This document shows, in pieces, positions 1 through 8,905 of a stretch of DNA of 64,000 nt; within the stretch, counting starts at the first letter, position 1, and the number at the start of each line of letters is the position of its first letter. The notes beneath the pieces were generated by a model that saw only the letters and a program-made list of their open reading frames with translations, made no database searches and had not been told where the DNA came from. The position numbers and the translations under genes were made by a program. This DNA comes from an uncultured Candidatus Saccharibacteria bacterium (GTDB lineage: Bacteria; Patescibacteriota; Minisyncoccia; Phycocordibacterales; Zambryskibacteraceae), in the NCBI GenBank assembly GCA_964349945.1, contig CAYGIH010000001.1, positions 227,718 through 291,717 of the forward strand, read 5' to 3'.

Positions 1-92
1 AGTAATAGATCTTTTTCTATTTGTGGGTCATTCTCATTTTTATATAGAAGGCCTAAATTCCATGTTGTTTGCTTTTGGTTCATGGTGATGAA

Positions 93-959
93 TTATATCC
101 CCTCTTTCTTTAATTCTTCAACTAATTTCTTTTGTTCCTTAGATAATTTTTCTGGAATGTTTACTTTTATACGAACATAAAAATCACCACGGCGATTGAC
201 CGAGTGTGGGACACCCTTACCATTCACACGGAGAATGGTGCCCGTATTTGTGCCGTTAGGAACCTTGAGTTCTATTCGTCCATCTAGTGTATCTAGAGTC
301 TTTGTAGCCCCTAATAAAGCGTCTGTAAGGCTTATAGTGGTGTCCATAATGAGGTTATAGCCCTCTTTTCTTATATGTGGGTGCTTTTGGACAAATATTC
401 TAATAAAAAGGTTGCCTGGGTTTCCACCTTCAATAGTTTCTCCGTAGCCCGGCATTTTTATCATTTGACCGTTTTCTATACCCGCAGGTATTTGAATGGT
501 GACTTCCTTCTCTTTAACTGCCTTACTGTTTATAGAAATCTTTCTGGTGATACCAAAAATTGAATCATGAAAATTAATTTCTATATCTACCTGCACATCT
601 CTGCCTCTCTTCACTCTTCTACCACCAAAGATAGATGAGAGTATGTCTTCGATGTTGCCATTATCAAATCCTCCAGCATTTCCAAAACCAGAGAAATCAA
701 AACCAAAATCATTTGGATTAAATCCTCCTTGGAATCCTCCGCCCATGTTTGGACCAGTCGAACCGAATTGATCATACTGGGCCCGTTTATTCTTATCAGA
801 TAAAACACTGTACGCCCCACTTACCTCTTTGAACTTGGCTTCATTGCCACCCTTTTTGTCTGGATGATGCTCATGAGCAAGCTTTCTAAAAGCTTTTTTT
901 ATTTCTTCTTCACTCGCATTCTTAGAGACTCCTAAAATTTTGTAGTAATCCTTTGACAT
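93..959 (-). CDS. dnaJ: DnaJ-family co-chaperone with J domain, G/F-rich region and C-terminal domains; no Cys-rich zinc finger (type II, CbpA-like)
   Basis: N-terminal 'DYYKILGV...HPDK' J-domain with HPD motif, then a Gly/Phe-rich linker. No CxxCxGxG repeats. Lies downstream of dnaK in a grpE-dnaK-dnaJ order. Confidence 0.85.
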   Translation of the reverse strand: MSKDYYKILGVSKNASEEEIKKAFRKLAHEHHPDKKGGNEAKFKEVSGAYSVLSDKNKRAQYDQFGSTGPNMGGGFQGGFNPNDFGFDFSGFGNAGGFDNGNIEDILSSIFGGRRVKRGRDVQVDIEINFHDSIFGITRKISINSKAVKEKEVTIQIPAGIENGQMIKMPGYGETIEGGNPGNLFIRIFVQKHPHIRKEGYNLIMDTTISLTDALLGATKTLDTLDGRIELKVPNGTNTGTILRVNGKGVPHSVNRRGDFYVRIKVNIPEKLSKEQKKLVEELKKEGI

Positions 960-984
960 AGTTTATAGCTTACTAGCTTTTTAG

Positions 985-2883
985 CTAATTAGCTTTTGGT
1001 TCAGAGTTGTCTCCTTCTTTGAATTCAGCGTCTTTTACCTCACCTTCTGGTTTTGGCTCTGTTTGTGCAGGTTGCTCGGCTTGAGCCTTTTGCATTGCTT
1101 CTCCTATCTTTTGCATTTCAGTTGAAAGAGCCTCTGTAGCTGATTTGATAGATTCTATTGTGCCTGAATCTTTTTCTTTCTTTAAGGAATCTATTTTTGC
1201 TTGGACACTGGATTTTATTTCTTCACTTACACTAGCTCCATTGTCTTTCAAAGCTTTCTCCGCAGTGTAGACTAGTTGTTCTGCAAGGTTCTTTGCATCC
1301 ACTAAATCTTTTTTCTTCTGGTCCTCACTCGCATTAGCTTCTGCATCTTTCTGCATTCGTTCAATGTCTGTCTTAGAAAGTCCAGAAGATGCTTCAATTC
1401 TTATAGATTGTTCTTTGCCAGTAGTTTTATCTTTGGCTTTGACACTAAGGATACCATTAGCATCCACATCAAACGACACTTCGATTTGAGGCATACCACG
1501 AGGGGCCGGAGGTATTCCATCCAATATGAAGCGTCCAAGAGATTTATTGTCTCCCGCCATCGCTCTCTCTCCTTGGACAATATGAATCTCTACAGAAGTC
1601 TGATTATCTGCGGCAGTGGAGAATGTCTGTGATTTAGTTGAAGGAATAGTTGTATTTCTCTCTATGAGTTTAGTAGCTACACCCCCCATAGTCTCTATTC
1701 CTAGTGAGAGAGGGATGACATCAAGGAGAAGTACATCCTTCACATCACCTGCAAGTATTCCTCCTTGGATGGCAGCCCCGAGTGCCACCACTTCATCTGG
1801 GTTAATAGATTTATTAGGTTCCTTGTTGAAAAATTTCTTCACTGCATCGCTTATGGCTGGCATTCTGGTTTGTCCTCCCACTAGGATTATTTCTGCAATC
1901 TCATCTATTTTGAAGGGTGAAGCTTCCATGGCTCTCTTAGTAATGGTCATGGCTCTATCTATAAACTCAGCAGTAAGTTCCTCGAGTTTTGCACGAGTCA
2001 TTTTTAATAGGAGATGTTTTGGACCACTAGCATCAGAAGTTATGAATGGGATATTAATTTCCGTTTCTATTGCAGTAGAAAGTTCGATCTTGGCTTTTTC
2101 CGCGGCTTCATCCAATCGTTGTAGAGCCAGCGCATCAGAACGTACATCTATACCAGATTCTTTTTTGTATTCCTCGGCTATCCAAGCAATAATCTTTTGA
2201 TCGATATCTTTACCACCTAGATGTGAATCTCCATCTGTAGATTTTACTTCTACTACATCATCACCAACCTCGAGGACAGATACATCAAAAGTTCCTCCAC
2301 CGAAGTCAAAGACTACTATCTTCTCATTTTTCTTTTTATCGAACCCATAAGCTAAAGCAGCTGCTGTAGGCTCATTTATAATACGCATCACTTCGAGGCC
2401 GGCAATTTGCCCAGCATCTTTGGTGGCTTTTCTTTGAGCATCATTAAAATATGCAGGGACAGTGATAACTGCCTGAGTAATTTTTTCTCCGAGTTTTGCT
2501 TCTGCATCTACCTTCAACTTCTGAAGAATCATTGCTGAAATTTCTTCTGGACGTTGGTCCTTTTCACCAAGATGAACAATAACTCCTCCATCAGTAGAAT
2601 TTTTTACCTCGAATGGCACAACCGCTTTATCTTTTTGAACCGCAGGATCAGAAAATGTATGACCGATAAATCGCTTAATACCAAAGATAGTGTTCTTTGG
2701 ATTGGTGACAGCTTGCCTTTTAGCCAAAAGACCAACCAGTCTTTCGCCGGTTTTAGAAATAGCCACTATAGAAGGAGTGGTTCGTACACCCTCTGCGTTT
2801 TCAATAATTTTTGGACTGCCAACTTCCATGACTGCGACGGCAGAATTTGTTGTTCCCAAATCTATCCCAATGATTTTTGCCAT
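985..2883 (-). CDS. dnaK: Molecular chaperone DnaK (Hsp70)
   Basis: '[14 protein letters not shown]', 'DLGGGTFD' and '[14 protein letters not shown]' Hsp70 signatures. 632 aa. Sits between grpE and dnaJ. Confidence 0.97.
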   Translation of the reverse strand: MAKIIGIDLGTTNSAVAVMEVGSPKIIENAEGVRTTPSIVAISKTGERLVGLLAKRQAVTNPKNTIFGIKRFIGHTFSDPAVQKDKAVVPFEVKNSTDGGVIVHLGEKDQRPEEISAMILQKLKVDAEAKLGEKITQAVITVPAYFNDAQRKATKDAGQIAGLEVMRIINEPTAAALAYGFDKKKNEKIVVFDFGGGTFDVSVLEVGDDVVEVKSTDGDSHLGGKDIDQKIIAWIAEEYKKESGIDVRSDALALQRLDEAAEKAKIELSTAIETEINIPFITSDASGPKHLLLKMTRAKLEELTAEFIDRAMTITKRAMEASPFKIDEIAEIILVGGQTRMPAISDAVKKFFNKEPNKSINPDEVVALGAAIQGGILAGDVKDVLLLDVIPLSLGIETMGGVATKLIERNTTIPSTKSQTFSTAADNQTSVEIHIVQGERAMAGDNKSLGRFILDGIPPAPRGMPQIEVSFDVDANGILSVKAKDKTTGKEQSIRIEASSGLSKTDIERMQKDAEANASEDQKKKDLVDAKNLAEQLVYTAEKALKDNGASVSEEIKSSVQAKIDSLKKEKDSGTIESIKSATEALSTEMQKIGEAMQKAQAEQPAQTEPKPEGEVKDAEFKEGDNSEPKAN

Positions 2884-2917
2884 ATTGTTTTGCAGTTAAA
2901 TTACTAATTGAGGCTTT

Positions 2918-2945
2918 ATTATAAGGGAATTTTAGCTATTGTCAA
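2918..2945 (-). promoter_or_regulatory. sigma70-type promoter of dnaK: TTGACA-N16-TATAAT on the minus strand; no CIRCE element seen
   Basis: On the minus strand TTGACA (+2940..2945) and TATAAT (+2918..2923) are separated by 16 nt and lie about 34 nt upstream of the dnaK ATG. Confidence 0.5.
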
Positions 2946-2950
2946 TAAAT

Positions 2951-3481
2951 TTACTCCTTGTATTCCCCTACTATTACCTTAGCTGGTCTTAAAATTCTCT
3001 CCCCTAACTTATAACCATTTTGAAGTACTTCTAGTACCTTATGGTCATCACTTTTCTCATTAGTTTGTCGCATACTTATAGCCTCACACACATTTGGATT
3101 AAATACTTCGTTTATTGGATTTACTTCTTCCAAACCATTTTGTTTAAGAATCTGTAAAAGTTGGTTCGAAATTGGTTCTACTTCTTTATGACCATGAGTC
3201 AGAGCGTGGTTGAAGCTATCCAGTACAGGAATAATTTGTGAAAGAATGTCAGATTTTGCAAATTTAATGAATTCAATTTTTGCTTCCTCGTCTCTCTTTC
3301 TTAGATTCACAAAATCAGCCTGAGCTCTTTGCCATCCATCTAAATTTTCTTTGGCTTTAGACTCCGCTTCTTTAAGTTTACTTCTTAACTTCTTTATAGT
3401 GTCTCCCTGAGCTTCTTCGGATAAGACAGAATCATCAATTCCTTCCTCTGTATCTAAAATTACATCCTGTTCGTCGTTCAT
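2951..3481 (-). CDS. grpE: Nucleotide exchange factor GrpE
   Basis: 176 aa with a coiled-coil N-terminus and a GrpE-like C-terminal region ('DFVNLRKR', 'GLEEVNPI'). Immediately upstream of dnaK on the same strand. Confidence 0.85.
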   Translation of the reverse strand: MNDEQDVILDTEEGIDDSVLSEEAQGDTIKKLRSKLKEAESKAKENLDGWQRAQADFVNLRKRDEEAKIEFIKFAKSDILSQIIPVLDSFNHALTHGHKEVEPISNQLLQILKQNGLEEVNPINEVFNPNVCEAISMRQTNEKSDDHKVLEVLQNGYKLGERILRPAKVIVGEYKE

Positions 3482-3502
3482 AGACTTAAAGAATATATTA
3501 AA

Positions 3503-3913
3503 TTAACGCTTGCTCCACTGTGGTGCCTTTCGGGCTTTCTTCAATCCGAACTTACGTCGTTCTTTTGCTCTAGGATCTCTCTTTAAGAAGCCCTTCACCT
3601 TAAGCTTAGTTCTTAGGTTTACATCATATCCAAGGAGTGCGCGAGCGATACCATGTCTAAGAGCATCAGCTTGGGAGGAAACTCCACCTCCTTTGATTTG
3701 GGCTGTGACAGCAAATTTTTGTTCAAGGCCTGAAGCGATAAATGCTGACTTTACTGTTTGTCTTAGTTCTGCAGTAGGAAAATAATTTTCGAATTCTCTA
3801 TCGTTTATAGTGATAGAAAATTTGGATGCAGGAGTAATGCGAACACGAGCAGTAGAGGTCTTTCTTCGTCCAACAGCACCAATATATTTCTCTGAATTCT
3901 TTACTGCAGTCAT
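3503..3913 (-). CDS. rpsI: 30S ribosomal protein S9
   Basis: C-terminal '...KKARKAPQWSKR' S9 signature. 136 aa. Follows rplM. Confidence 0.93.
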   Translation of the reverse strand: MTAVKNSEKYIGAVGRRKTSTARVRITPASKFSITINDREFENYFPTAELRQTVKSAFIASGLEQKFAVTAQIKGGGVSSQADALRHGIARALLGYDVNLRTKLKVKGFLKRDPRAKERRKFGLKKARKAPQWSKR

Positions 3914-3914
3914 A

Positions 3915-4259
3915 TTATTCTTTAATGGTTAAGTTAATCATCATCTTCTGTCGAAGTTTATTTTTGGGAAGCATTCCAAGTACTGCCATTCTCAAAACCT
4001 CCTTACCTCCTTTAGAAGCAATCATTTTCTCCATAGACTGGAGTTTGAGTCCTCCTGGGTAACCTGAATGAGTGGCGTATTTCTTGTCTATAAGTTTCTT
4101 TGAATTAAAACTCATTTTACCAGCATTAATTACCTCAATTTTTACTGGAGCAATAGTATTTTTAGAAAAATCAGTTCTGTTCTTACCCATAAGCAAGACA
4201 GCAAGCTCAGTAGCAAGTCGTCCGGGCTTTTTGTCTGTGGCGTCGATTGTGTGTTTCAT
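3915..4259 (-). CDS. rplM: 50S ribosomal protein L13
   Basis: 114 aa L13-like sequence directly upstream of rpsI (canonical rplM-rpsI pair). Confidence 0.85.
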   Translation of the reverse strand: MKHTIDATDKKPGRLATELAVLLMGKNRTDFSKNTIAPVKIEVINAGKMSFNSKKLIDKKYATHSGYPGGLKLQSMEKMIASKGGKEVLRMAVLGMLPKNKLRQKMMINLTIKE

Positions 4260-4260
4260 T

Positions 4261-4611
4261 TTATTTTACAAATTCTATAATTGCCATTTTTGCTCCATCG
4301 GATTGTCGAGCAATCATTTTGGTGATACGAGTATAACCACCATTTCTTTTCATATATTCAGGAGAAAGAATCGTAGCAATTCTCTTAGCTGCAATTTTAC
4401 CAACTCTAGATTCAAGTTCTCGTCTTGAAGCGAGAGTTTGCTTTTTTCCTAGAGTAATGAGCTTTTCTACAAAAGGGCGAATTTCCTTGGCTTTAGGCTC
4501 GGTGGTCTTAATTTTACCCTTAACCACAAGTGAGTAGGCCAAAGACTTTAAAAGAGCTTTTCTCTGGGACTGTTCTCTGCCGAATTTTCTGTTTACGTTA
4601 CCGTGTCGCAT
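4261..4611 (-). CDS. rplQ: 50S ribosomal protein L17
   Basis: 'MRHGNVNRKFGR' L17 N-terminus. Follows rpoA as in the alpha operon. Confidence 0.93.
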   Translation of the reverse strand: MRHGNVNRKFGREQSQRKALLKSLAYSLVVKGKIKTTEPKAKEIRPFVEKLITLGKKQTLASRRELESRVGKIAAKRIATILSPEYMKRNGGYTRITKMIARQSDGAKMAIIEFVK

Positions 4612-4625
4612 GGATGTATACCTTA

Positions 4626-5588
4626 CTAGTTTTTGAGCGTAATGCCAAATTCCCCTAGGGCCTTACGAATCTCATTAATACCCTTAGAGCCTAAACCGTC
4701 TATTTCTAATAGATCTTTCTCCTTTTTTCGTGCGAGTCCACCTACGGTTCTAATGTTTGCTTGTGCAAGTGCGTTTTGGGTTCTGGCAGACATATCCAGA
4801 GTTTCAACCCTGGTTTTTAGAACCTCAGGATCTACACTTGATGAAGAATGAGTGGTTGTTGGTGCTTCTGAATGCTCTTCGACAACAGGTGCCTCTTCTT
4901 TAAACCCGACAACAGCCTTCAGTTGATTAATCATTATCTCAATAGAACGAGTAAGGGCGTCTTTTGGAGAAATAGTACCATCAGTCTCAATAAATAATTT
5001 AAGCTTATTGAAGTCTGTCCTGTCGCCTATGCGCATGTTTTCAACCTCGTAGCTGGCTCGTCGAATAGGAGTAAAGATGCCATCTAATGAAATAGAGCCA
5101 ATATCAACTCGATTCTTTTCAAGAACTTCCTTGGCCACAAATCCAAGACCTTTTTCGGCGGTAATCTCCATTTCTAACTCTCCAGATTTACTTGTGACTG
5201 TAGCAATAATTTGATCAGGATTAAGAATTTCTACCTGACCGGGAACATCTAAATCTGCAGCGGTTACAACCTTCTCACCTTTTACTTTTAGGGTCATGGT
5301 CTGGGGTTCATCTGTTGAAAATCTCATCCTTACCTTCTTTAAGTTTAGAAGAATCGTTATAACATCTTCTTTTACACCATCCATTACTGAGAATTCATGA
5401 CTTATTCCCTTAATTTTCACTGATGTAATTGCTATACCAGGCAGAGAAGAGAGGATAATTCGTCTAAGACTATTACCTAAAGTATGACCATATCCTGGAT
5501 AAAGTCCTTCTATCTCATAAACACCACGCACCCCTTCTTCAGAGATGACTTTTGGTTTCGAAGGTAAAAGTATTGTGTAATCAGCCAT
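4626..5588 (-). CDS. rpoA: DNA-directed RNA polymerase alpha subunit
   Basis: 'GHTLGNSLRRILLSSLPG' alpha N-terminal-domain signature and a C-terminal alpha-CTD. In alpha-operon context. Confidence 0.95.
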   Translation of the reverse strand: MADYTILLPSKPKVISEEGVRGVYEIEGLYPGYGHTLGNSLRRIILSSLPGIAITSVKIKGISHEFSVMDGVKEDVITILLNLKKVRMRFSTDEPQTMTLKVKGEKVVTAADLDVPGQVEILNPDQIIATVTSKSGELEMEITAEKGLGFVAKEVLEKNRVDIGSISLDGIFTPIRRASYEVENMRIGDRTDFNKLKLFIETDGTISPKDALTRSIEIMINQLKAVVGFKEEAPVVEEHSEAPTTTHSSSSVDPEVLKTRVETLDMSARTQNALAQANIRTVGGLARKKEKDLLEIDGLGSKGINEIRKALGEFGITLKN

Positions 5589-5661
5589 TTGAATATAAAA
5601 AATATTAGGTTTAAATTATACGTTATTCTTGCGTTTGATGCAACTTTATGTCCGAACTAAC

Positions 5662-6267
5662 TTATCTACTATAATACTCGAGCACTGCCCCAAGATCGAA
5701 TACATGCTCCCCTGGTATATACACAGGCATGGCTACAATCTTGATTTCCTTTTTCTTTGGATCAAGTTCAATCCACGCGGGCGCGGCTTGAGTCTTGATT
5801 TTCTCTTCAATATCTGCAAACAGTGGGCTGTTCTTGCTTCCTTCTCTAATGCCCACCACGTCTCCAATGTCTAATTTGATTGAAGGAATAGTTACTCTTT
5901 TACCGTTTAGAGTGGTGTGTCCATGAGAGGCCATCTGCCTGCCTAATGCCCGAGTTTTTGCGAAGCCTCCCCTATAGAGAACATTGTCCAAACGAAGTTC
6001 AACAGAACGAAATAGTTTTTGAATTGGTTCTGAAGCACTCAAGGAAGCCTTTGAATACTTTGCGAATTGCTTCTCTGATATGCCATAACTGAATCTCGTT
6101 TTTTGTTTTTCTGTGAGCTGTTTACCGAATTCAGATTTTGGCTTCATTCGCCCCTTCATATTCTTCTCCTTTCTGGTTAGAGACAACGCGTACTTTGCAG
6201 TTTGAGTTTTCTCAAATATTGGGCTACCTAATCTCCTTGCAATTTTGTATTTTGGTCCGATTTTCAT
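5662..6267 (-). CDS. rpsD: 30S ribosomal protein S4
   Basis: 'KIGPKYKIARRLG' S4 N-terminus and an S4 RNA-binding domain. Alpha-operon context. Confidence 0.93.
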   Translation of the reverse strand: MKIGPKYKIARRLGSPIFEKTQTAKYALSLTRKEKNMKGRMKPKSEFGKQLTEKQKTRFSYGISEKQFAKYSKASLSASEPIQKLFRSVELRLDNVLYRGGFAKTRALGRQMASHGHTTLNGKRVTIPSIKLDIGDVVGIREGSKNSPLFADIEEKIKTQAAPAWIELDPKKKEIKIVAMPVYIPGEHVFDLGAVLEYYSR

Positions 6268-6272
6268 ATATT

Positions 6273-6719
6273 TTATGCTCTCCTTGGTCTAGGTGGTTTA
6301 GGACCATTATGTGGAACTGGGGTCATGTCCTGAATTGTTGTGATGTTTATACCTTTAGATATAAATCCTCTAATAGCAGATTCCCGACCAGAACCCACTC
6401 CTTTTACTACTACTTTTACTTCTTTTATACCAAACACAGAGGCTTTTTCTGCAAGTTTCTCTCCAATTTTTGCAGCTGCAAAGGGTGTTCCCTTCTTTGC
6501 TCCCTTAAATCCTATAGCTCCAGATGTAGACCAAGCAAGTGTGTTACCTTTGGGGTCAGTAAGTACTAGTTTAGTATTGTTATAAGTTGATTCTACACAG
6601 AGTATACCTGAATCAAAACGTTTCTTTGAACTAACTGAGGGTGTAGCAGCAACCGATGGGACTATTACATCCTTTTCTTTGTCTGTCTCTTCAGTTTTAA
6701 TTACAGCTCTTTTACCCAT
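6273..6719 (-). CDS. rpsK: 30S ribosomal protein S11 (with N-terminal extension)
   Basis: S11 core ('GSGRESAIRGF', 'ITDMTPVPHNGPKPPRPRR'). Confidence 0.92.
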   Translation of the reverse strand: MGKRAVIKTEETDKEKDVIVPSVAATPSVSSKKRFDSGILCVESTYNNTKLVLTDPKGNTLAWSTSGAIGFKGAKKGTPFAAAKIGEKLAEKASVFGIKEVKVVVKGVGSGRESAIRGFISKGINITTIQDMTPVPHNGPKPPRPRRA

Positions 6720-6737
6720 TTTAATATTTAAATATAA

Positions 6738-7118
6738 TTATTTCTTCTCTGCTATTTTACGACCAGTTCCCATTGTCTTTCGAACATTTCCTCTCCTGGT
6801 GCGAGAATTCGTTTTTGTTCGCTGTCCTCTCACAGGGAGACCTCTAGTATGTCTGACTCCTCTATAAGCCTTTATATCCTTTAATCTCTTTATATTAGAA
6901 GAAACCTCGCGCTTAAGATCTCCTTCGAGTGTCAATGTTTCTATAATGCCTCGAATCTTATTTTCATCCGCCAATTTAATGTCTTTTGGCCTCAAATCTC
7001 CAGACACCTTAGCTTCCTTAAGAATTGCTTGAGCTCTAGACCTTCCTATGCCAAATAAAACGGTCAAACCGATATCAATTCTTTTTTCTTCTGGAATGGT
7101 TATACCTAAAATTCTCAT
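6738..7118 (-). CDS. rpsM: 30S ribosomal protein S13
   Basis: '[18 protein letters not shown]' S13 N-terminus. Confidence 0.93.
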   Translation of the reverse strand: MRILGITIPEEKRIDIGLTVLFGIGRSRAQAILKEAKVSGDLRPKDIKLADENKIRGIIETLTLEGDLKREVSSNIKRLKDIKAYRGVRHTRGLPVRGQRTKTNSRTRRGNVRKTMGTGRKIAEKK

Positions 7119-7119
7119 T

Positions 7120-7236
7120 TTATCCTTGTCTTTGTTTATGTCTTGCGTTAGCCTTGCAGATCACATAGACATAGCCTTTGCGCCTTACGATTTGGCATTT
7201 TGAGCATATCTTTTTGACTGAAGCTTTAACTTTCAT
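7120..7236 (-). CDS. rpmJ: 50S ribosomal protein L36 (38 aa; missed by the >=60 aa ORF track)
   Basis: Manual translation of the minus strand gives [38 protein letters not shown], the canonical L36 zinc-ribbon pattern. The ORF is 117 nt, sits between infA and rpsM as expected, and its stop lies 1 nt before the rpsM start. Confidence 0.88.
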   Translation of the reverse strand: MKVKASVKKICSKCQIVRRKGYVYVICKANARHKQRQG

Positions 7237-7247
7237 AGTGAATAGCT

Positions 7248-7275
7248 ATTTTAGCTGACTTTGTAAATTTGTCAA
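7248..7275 (-). promoter_or_regulatory. Putative internal promoter (TTGACA-N16-TAAAAT) ending about 11 nt before the rpmJ ATG, giving a near-leaderless transcript
   Basis: On the minus strand TTGACA (+7270..7275) and TAAAAT (+7248..7253). The -10 is fused to an AGCTATT motif. No SD lies between the -10 and the ATG. Confidence 0.4.
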
Positions 7276-7300
7276 ACTGATGGATTTATAACTATGCTAA

Positions 7301-7516
7301 TTATAGTCGTTTTATAATTTTTGCCTTGCCTCCATATGGCTCTAACTGAAGAATAACCTTATCACCAACCAAAACACGTATTCGATGTAACCTCATTTTT
7401 CCTGACAAATATGCTAAGGTATCGACTTCTTCACCGTCAATTCTGACCTTAAACATAATATTTGGAAGGGCCTCCATCACAACCGCTGTTCTTTCTAAGT
7501 CTTTATTGTCTGACAT
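7301..7516 (-). CDS. infA: Translation initiation factor IF-1
   Basis: 71 aa S1-like OB fold ('VVMEALPNIMFKVRIDGEEV...'). Confidence 0.92.
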   Translation of the reverse strand: MSDNKDLERTAVVMEALPNIMFKVRIDGEEVDTLAYLSGKMRLHRIRVLVGDKVILQLEPYGGKAKIIKRL

Positions 7517-7540
7517 TAAATCATTATATACTAAAAACCT

Positions 7541-8878
7541 TTATTTTATAGAATTTTTTACAAGCTTGATGTCTTTAATGCTCAAAGGAAAAGTATTTTT
7601 CCAAAAAGGACGAATCTTGACATTAGCGTTATCAATACTTGGATATTTAGTGAGAATACTTGCCAAATTAGATTTTGATGCTCCTGCCAAATCCTTTTTG
7701 AGATTTTCTTCTGGTACCACGGCTACAGCTTGCGCATTTCCAGATAATTCAAAGCTGATTTGATCAGCTTTTATGAAATCAGTAGCTGTTTGCTTTTGAA
7801 GAGCAGCGCTTAATAAATCCAAGTCAATTATTTCTACGTTCCCAACAATTCCTTGATTAGCCTTTTTTGCAGTTAAATAGTTATTTAAATCGCTTCGTTT
7901 AAACATTATGCCGTAAAAATCAGCTTGTTCATTCAGTGTCACGGTGTCTGTTTTAGGAGATGTTTGCGGTAAATCATAATAGTTAATAACAACCAAATTG
8001 GGATAAAGTATAAAGTCGGCTGGTACCTGCGCTTTGGCTTGATTAAGTAGTTCTGACTTCAGTGATGTTTCCAGAGCAAGTTTTGCTTTAGCTAAATCCG
8101 ATTCACTGACCTGTTTTCTAAGACCAACATAACCACCAGACGTTGCAGTTTTGGAACGAGCATAAACATTTTCATATCTTGGGTCCCCTTTGAGTCCAGG
8201 GACTGTAAAATCAGTTAGTCCGATATTATATTCTGCCCCCGCTTGATCTGCATATAGGTTTACTTCAAGAGAACCAGGAGTTGTGCCTTTCTTTGCAGGA
8301 ATACTTATATCCGCCAAAATTCTAAAAACTTTATTTTCTAAGGATTGAAATCTAGTATTTCTAATTAGTTTGACTACAGAGCTAGTATTGTTATAAACAA
8401 TGGCTTTACCACTTGCTTTAATAGACACTTTTTCTTCACCACTGGCCTTTGCCTCGATTCCTTTTGTACCAGAAAGTTTAACAACACTAAACATCAAATC
8501 CTTTTCTCCTCCTGTCTTATATGCAGTAAAAGAATCTTTATTAAAAGTTAAATTAAATACCTTAGGACTATAAGTTAAAGTCGCACTTTTAAAAATAGAT
8601 AAAAGTGCGAACAATACTACCATCAAACCGATAATTGAAGCTATAACTAAAATCTTTCTTGAAGATTTGTTTTTAGATTTAAATACAAAATTAGAATTAT
8701 CAGTCAATTTCTTTTCCTTTGTCTCATCCGAAGTATTTATATGAATAGGAATTTTTACCTCATTTTTAACTCTTCCTTCTGGAATGGGGACATTCCTTAT
8801 AGATTTTTGATCACCTTTTTTATGAACAATTATGTCTTCAATATTTTTTGGCATATGTTTAATACAATTGTATATCAA
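7541..8878 (-). CDS. Hypothetical bitopic membrane protein (about 77 aa cytoplasmic N-terminus, one TM helix, about 340 aa extracytoplasmic domain)
   Basis: Single hydrophobic segment 'ILVIASIIGLMVVLFALLSIF'. No recognisable catalytic motif. Co-directional with, and 27 nt downstream of, the actin-fold gene. Confidence 0.5.
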   Translation of the reverse strand: MIYNCIKHMPKNIEDIIVHKKGDQKSIRNVPIPEGRVKNEVKIPIHINTSDETKEKKLTDNSNFVFKSKNKSSRKILVIASIIGLMVVLFALLSIFKSATLTYSPKVFNLTFNKDSFTAYKTGGEKDLMFSVVKLSGTKGIEAKASGEEKVSIKASGKAIVYNNTSSVVKLIRNTRFQSLENKVFRILADISIPAKKGTTPGSLEVNLYADQAGAEYNIGLTDFTVPGLKGDPRYENVYARSKTATSGGYVGLRKQVSESDLAKAKLALETSLKSELLNQAKAQVPADFILYPNLVVINYYDLPQTSPKTDTVTLNEQADFYGIMFKRSDLNNYLTAKKANQGIVGNVEIIDLDLLSAALQKQTATDFIKADQISFELSGNAQAVAVVPEENLKKDLAGASKSNLASILTKYPSIDNANVKIRPFWKNTFPLSIKDIKLVKNSIK

Positions 8879-8905
8879 ATTACCAACACTGCAATCTGTG
8901 GACGA

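Noticed and set aside
1616-2200. 194-aa plus-strand ORF (and several others at 1408..1632, 2554..2907, 2690..2899) inside dnaK
   Set aside because: Antisense to a highly conserved Hsp70 gene; Ser/Ala-rich low-complexity translation typical of shadow ORFs.
960-3500. CIRCE/HrcA operator search around grpE-dnaK-dnaJ
   Set aside because: No TTAGCACTC-N9-GAGTGCTAA-like inverted repeat upstream of grpE or dnaK, and no hrcA gene in the window. The dnaK promoter looks like a plain sigma70 promoter.
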